Source: Geodia barretti
Taxonomy: Eukaryota
Assembly: GCA_030341885.1 (NCBI GenBank)
Contig: CASHTH010000349.1
Coordinates: 1 to 64,000, forward strand
Direction: 5' to 3'
Length of the DNA stretch: 64,000 nt
The first letter of the stretch is position 1; every line of letters begins with the position of its first letter. The notes under the pieces were generated by a model. That model was not told where the DNA came from, searched no databases, and saw nothing but the letters and a program-made list of their open reading frames with translations. Both the position numbers and the translations under genes were made by a program. This document shows, piece by piece, positions 59,935-64,000 of this stretch.

Positions 59935-61715
59935 GCTCACAGTAGGTCCAGACTCATTGTGGGTCTGAGCAGAAGAGCAGTAGGCAATACACATACTCTC
60001 AGTCGTGTGTCCCCAGGAAAACTCCACTCCACCTTAGGCCCACAGGAAAATGATGGCAGAGTTCTTGATAATAATTCTCTGGACTGGGTATGAAGGCTAA
60101 TACCTTGGTGGTCTAGAGAGACAGCAATAACACCAGCCAACCTTTCCTCTACCCCTGTCAATAGTCTGGACTCTGCATATAGTAAGAAGCCATCATATCA
60201 TAACTATAAGATGGTGGTCCACAATCTATACCGAGGAACTTTTCTCTCATAGCTACATGAAGCTGGCCCTCGGCTGCAGCTCTATGGAAAACGAGTATTA
60301 GTTGATAATTGAGTAGAACGATGATGTCATCATTACAGGGCAGCTTCTCTGGCCAGCATAGTCTTTATGATGTACTCCCCCGTTCCTACACACGATTGTG
60401 AAAAATTAGAGCCATAAAAAAAATGTAAAGAATGTTCACCAGATGTGCTGCTAGCCACAGCTCTACTGTGAGGACCAGCATCTCTCTCTGCCCAGCATCC
60501 ACACCCATACACCGCAGCCTGCGAGACAAGAGAGGGATGGAGAGAAGGGGGTTGGAGGGCTTACCTGCCCAATTCTGCCTGGGAATTTTAACGATATTCC
60601 ACCACTAGACACGCCTCCTGCCACTCCCCCTCGTTTGTCAACACATACCGCACCAACCGTATCCAACGGAGCCTCTGAAACACTCTGCAAAGAAATTTCT
60701 ATAATTATGGTTTTTTTGCCAATGATAATTCTTGCATTATGAATGGGAGGCATCTTTCTTTTCTTGACAGGCGGATGAGCAGTGATTTCATCCAGTCTTG
60801 ATTTGTGGTCAACGTACACACTCCGAGCTCTGTCTGAGGAGAGAGAGGATAGAGAGGAGAGAGTACTTGAGGGTGAGGCCCAAGAGAGCGGAGAGAGAAA
60901 GAACCAGTAATGAGGTCATCTGGAAGACAGAGATTCAAGCCTTCTTGTCTCGCCCAGGCCCCAGCTCCTTCTGCCACTAACACTCTGTATAATGTATACC
61001 ACCAGACAGTACACTATAGTCATATCACAGGAGTCCTAACATTGGGGAGACTCTTCCTAAAGGTAGGCAGCCTTCAGAGCTTTTCTGTAGCAGTCTCAAC
61101 GCCAGGGATATTGGGTTTGGCACACCTGAGACGGAAACAGTTGAGAAATAGGAAGAATGGAGTAAGGAGTGATGGTTATATCCAACCAGAGGCAGCTCCA
61201 ACAGCTCCAAACCCTCCTCCGCTATCCATGATACTGGCATCGCACTCAACCGTACCAGTCAGAGTCAGATTAGAGCCACGACCGGCATTTGTCAGGGGAC
61301 TGTTCTGTGTGTGAGAGAGAGGAAAGATAGTCTCAGGTTAGAAAAACGATTTAGTACCTCTAGAACTGAAATGGCTCTGGAGATTGCATCACTGCTCGTA
61401 TGCCCAGCCTCCAAAAGAACCATGGCCTGTAAGAGAAGAAATAAGCTGCCATGTGGTAGACTCTCTCCTCTTACCTCCTTGCAGGCAGTTCTACACACAG
61501 CTTTTAGCTCGGAACTATTGGAATTACTGTGGTATCCTGCTCCTGTATAATTATGGAATAAGGAAAAGAGTTATAGATTTTTTCGTGGAAATCTCCGTTC
61601 CCTGCTAATGCTGGATATGCCATGCATTGCCAGGTGGAAGAGGCTCGCGGGAGAACTCGCAATCGGCGCTGAGCGGTCTCTTGCCTGCATGGACGGCCAC
61701 GAACGGAACAGCCAT
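59935..61715 (-). CDS. TASP1: Threonine aspartase 1 (taspase-1, Ntn-hydrolase), multi-exon
   Basis: MAVPFVAVHAG | (G)AGYHSNSNSSELKAVCRTACKE | QAMVLLEAGHTSSDAISRAISVLE | GVPNPISLALRLLQKSSEGCLPLGRVSPM | LVAEGAGAWARQEGL | DTVGAVCVDKRGGVAGGVSSGGISLKFPGRIGQ (human DTVGAVVVDHEGNVAAAVSSGGLALKHPGRVGQ) | AGVIAVSLDHQGISL... Confidence 0.8.
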
Positions 61716-61853
61716 TCCCCCTCGCCCCCTCCGCTCGAGCATGCGCAGTTCAGATACAGTCGTGCGGGGAATTCCCCTTACGCCACCACGGGGGTGGAGC
61801 TAGCGCACCGTCCAGCAACCGAAGAAACACACGAAAAAACTTTATGTTCACTG

Positions 61854-62385
61854 CTATCTATTTTCTTCCTCTTCTTCAAGTCTCTCTTTTTCGTCCAGCT
61901 CTGCCTGAAGCGAAGCCTGGGTTTTAGTGTAGGCCTCGGGATACTGCATAGCAACTCGAGACTTCAACAACCTGCCAGATAGAGACATTTCACACAGCTC
62001 TGCCTCAGTCAGGTGATAGTCACCTGATTCTTCTAAAGACTGAATCAAGCTCTCTCTTCATGCTGGTGAGGGTCTGGGTGTAGGTACGGAACTCTGCCAC
62101 GTGGAGATCAAAGCATTTCTCAGAAAGAGCATTGAGGTGAGAGAGCTTCTCGTTGGCCACCTCCAACGTCTCCAACCTGCTCAGAGAGAGACTGGTAGTG
62201 TCTAAACTCAAATCGTAATACGAGTCACTATCTAGGTAATGTTAGAAGTTGGCCACTTACATGCCATCCTGTTCTGAGAGTATCAGGTGGACGTTCTCCT
62301 TGTTTATCAAACCCGACAACCTGTCAAGGAATCCATCGCAGAGGTGTCCTTCACGCTCTTTGCTGACCTCCGCGCTTGCTGCCAT
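61854..62385 (-). CDS. KXD1: KxDL motif-containing protein 1 (BORC subunit) ortholog, 3 exons, introns ~54 and ~52 nt
   Basis: MAASAEVSKEREGHLCDGFLDRLSGLINKENVHLILSEQDG | ILDTTSLSLSRLETLEVANEKLSHLNALSEKCFDLHVAEFRTYTQTLTSMKRELDSVFRRIR | RLLKSRVAMQYPEAYTKTQASLQAELDEKERLEEEEENR-stop; cf. human KXD1 ...[30 protein letters not shown]. Confidence 0.8.
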
Positions 62386-62435
62386 TGTTATGGCGCGCAA
62401 TAATTAGAGTGATGTGTGGGGCATCAATTAGAAAC
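62386..62435. promoter_or_regulatory. Extremely tight head-to-head intergenic region (50 bp between ATGs of KXD1 and the C9orf85 homolog): shared bidirectional promoter/overlapping 5'UTRs
   Basis: ATG 62385 (-) and ATG 62436 (+). Confidence 0.5.
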
Positions 62436-62891
62436 ATGAGCACGACGAGAAAGGGTGACGGCGTCAAGAAAGGCCAGCGATACCAGAACTCGTGGACCTA
62501 CAAGCCAAGACTCCACGAGACAAAGAAATCAGATCCCTCGACAGTTCAGCTGGCGGGTCTGTGTCCGCGTTGCAGGGAGATTATTGAGTGGAAGATCAAA
62601 TACGACAAGTACAAGGCGCTCTCTGCCCCTAGAAAGTGGTACGCTTGTTTTCCATGTCTCTCAGCCTGTCTATTGACCCTATTCTGTTCTTCCAGTACAC
62701 TGTGCGGCGGCAGAAAGGTTCGGCTGGCCTACCACCACGTGTGTCGGAAGTGTAGCGGCGAGAAGGAGTTGTGCGGAAAGTGCGGGAAGCCTGCCAGAGG
62801 GACGGAGGCAACCCAGAGGACTCTCACCGAGCACTCTGATCACCAGCAACAATCTTTAGAAGAAGAAACCGTTACAAACGACTGTATATAG
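62436..62891 (+). CDS. C9orf85 homolog (small Cys-rich zinc-ribbon-like protein), 2 exons, intron ~62640-62696 (57 nt)
   Basis: MSTTRKGDGVKKGQRYQNSWTYKPRLHETKKSDPSTVQLAGLCPRCREIIEWKIKYDKYKALSAPRK | CTLCGGRKVRLAYHHVCRKCSGEKELCGKCGKPARG... cf. human C9orf85 LHDGVCQRCKEVLEWRVKYSKYKPLSKPKKCVKCLQKTVKDSYHIMCRPCACELEVCAKCGKKE. Confidence 0.75.
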   Translation: MSTTRKGDGVKKGQRYQNSWTYKPRLHETKKSDPSTVQLAGLCPRCREIIEWKIKYDKYKALSAPRKWYACFPCLSACLLTLFCSSSTLCGGRKVRLAYHHVCRKCSGEKELCGKCGKPARGTEATQRTLTEHSDHQQQSLEEETVTNDCI

Positions 62892-63017
62892 ATAATATTT
62901 TTATGACGTCATGTGTGCTTATCAGTTCAATCTAATAAGGGGGGCGTAGCTGGATTTTCGCGTCAATTTAGAATCTCGCAAAAACTGCCGTTTTCGTCGA
63001 GGTATCTTGTTTTCGCC

Positions 63018-64000
63018 ATGCCTCGCACCAAGATAGTGGTGAGTCCAGCAGCTCTGGGCGGGCAGGAAGAAACCGTTCCACGTGAACGTGTCAGCGAGCA
63101 CCACCAGCTACCAAGTGGTGGCCAAGGTTTTGGAGAAATTGCAGTCTCGGGATCCGCCGCTACGTTACCAGCTCTGGGCCACCAATTCCGAGCGAGGTGA
63201 GCACGCCAAGCGCAATATCACTGCAGTGTACCGGACAGCTAGAGGCGTTCTGCTCAATGCAGCTTTCATGCATGTTGTTTGGCCACACGCAAACACATGC
63301 ATGTTACTCTACGGGAGACGTTTCTCCTGGAGGTATGCGTGGGAGGCGAGTGGCTGTATACACACCACCTGGCAGCGTTAAAGAACGGTTCTAGAGCAGC
63401 AGCATGTCTGATACAGCAGGCTGCGTGGCCATTAGCTCGAGCAGTTTGTGACCACTCATTGTTAGAGTGTGTGAAAGGCATGTCCACATGTGTAGAGGGA
63501 GGCTCTAGCAACATTGTGGCTGCAATAGCACACACACACACTGTTCAGTTCTCGAGGGACATAGCATTCACTTGAGAAACATTTCTGTTTTGCAACACTA
63601 GTAATGGCGTCTCTGAAAATTTCAAGAAGTTGTTTACATGCGGCTATCTGGCCCTGCTGCAGAGCAATCATTGAGAGATGATGAGTCCCCCGCAGCCGTC
63701 AGGGAGAAGTGGGCGGGGCAGGGGGCGGAGCCTCAGTTCCAGCTGCGACTAAGAGCAAGTGGATTGTTCGTGTTCAACACAGACTCTCCGGAGACCAAGA
63801 GGTAATCGCACCTTCAGACAAGTGTTGAAGAGTTAGATATTCTTATCTCTTGTTTGCGGCAGACGTTCCTGAGTCTGATAGTGACCCCTCACATGACGTC
63901 ATGTGACGTGCTCCAAGTAGCTCTGGCCAAGATCTCACCTCAGGACCTGCCAACCAACTACCTTCTCATAGAGAAGACCCCTCATGGAGGTGATCATTTA
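63018..64000 (+). CDS. Partial gene with Ras-association (RA)/ubiquitin-like domain exons (MPRTKIV...; ...SYQVVAKVLEKLQSRDPPLRYQLWATNSER; WIVRVQHRLSGDQE | TFLSLIVTPHMTSCDVLQVALAKISPQDLPTNYLLIEKTPHGGDHL), continues past window end
   Basis: ATG 63018 with donor ATAGTG|GTGAGT; donors GAGCGAG|GTGAGC (~63199), CCAAGAG|GTAATC (~63800); acceptor gtttgcggcag|ACG (~63853); RA-like beta1/alpha1 pattern. Exon phasing not fully resolved. Confidence 0.35.

Noticed and set aside
1-64000. Prokaryotic-style features (operons, CRISPR, RBS-led starts; ORF caller reports GTG/TTG starts)
   Set aside because: Spliceosomal introns, metazoan-type gene families, TATA/CCAAT promoters and microsatellites show this is eukaryotic nuclear DNA. 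Alternative-start ORF boundaries from the track were not used as real starts.

Overview
The window is a compact eukaryotic nuclear region, probably from a holozoan or invertebrate metazoan; I could not place it more precisely. It carries about 18 protein-coding genes on both strands. There are no rRNA genes, no convincing functional tRNA genes, no CRISPR array and no prokaryotic operon structure. Introns fall into a very short class (about 44-57 nt, GT-AG) and a longer class (about 150-1400 nt). Several genes are intronless or nearly so.

Genes recognised by reading the ORF translations against remembered family sequences:
- HMG-CoA reductase (- strand, multi-exon).
- A TEP1-like telomerase/vault protein with TROVE, DUF4062, NACHT and WD40 regions (+).
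- An intronless TRAF (-).
- A catalytically dead myotubularin, MTMR9-like (+).
- An NAD(P)H-dependent FMN reductase-like gene (+) with two apparent frameshifts.
- A HEAT-repeat gene (-).
- OSTF1 (SH3 plus ankyrin, -).
- An LRRK/ROCO kinase (ANK-LRR-Roc-COR-kinase-WD40, +, about 25 exons).
- Amnionless (+).
- Taspase-1 (-).
- KXD1 (-).
- A C9orf85 homolog (+).
- A partial RA-domain gene (+).
- Several small unassigned genes.

The most unusual content is a tandem pair of large intronless genes (51.5-59.7 kb, - strand). Each encodes a signal peptide, a Pmp-like right-handed beta-helix ectodomain (GGAI / FxxN-type repeats), EGF-like Cys-rich modules and a C-terminal multi-pass transmembrane block. 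I do not recognise this architecture. One copy is disrupted.

The second unusual feature is a degenerate palindrome of more than 5 kb at the window start. It duplicates the last three coding exons and 3'UTR of HMGCR in inverted orientation around a decayed CT-rich / AG-rich centre.

Apparent single-base frameshifts occur in otherwise conserved genes (HMGCR linker, LRRK kinase exon, FMN-reductase-like gene twice, beta-helix gene A). They may be assembly indels and need read-level validation. A GCGCATGCGC palindrome recurs at several putative, mostly bidirectional, promoters.

Coordinates derived by manual splicing are approximate, roughly plus or minus 3 nt.
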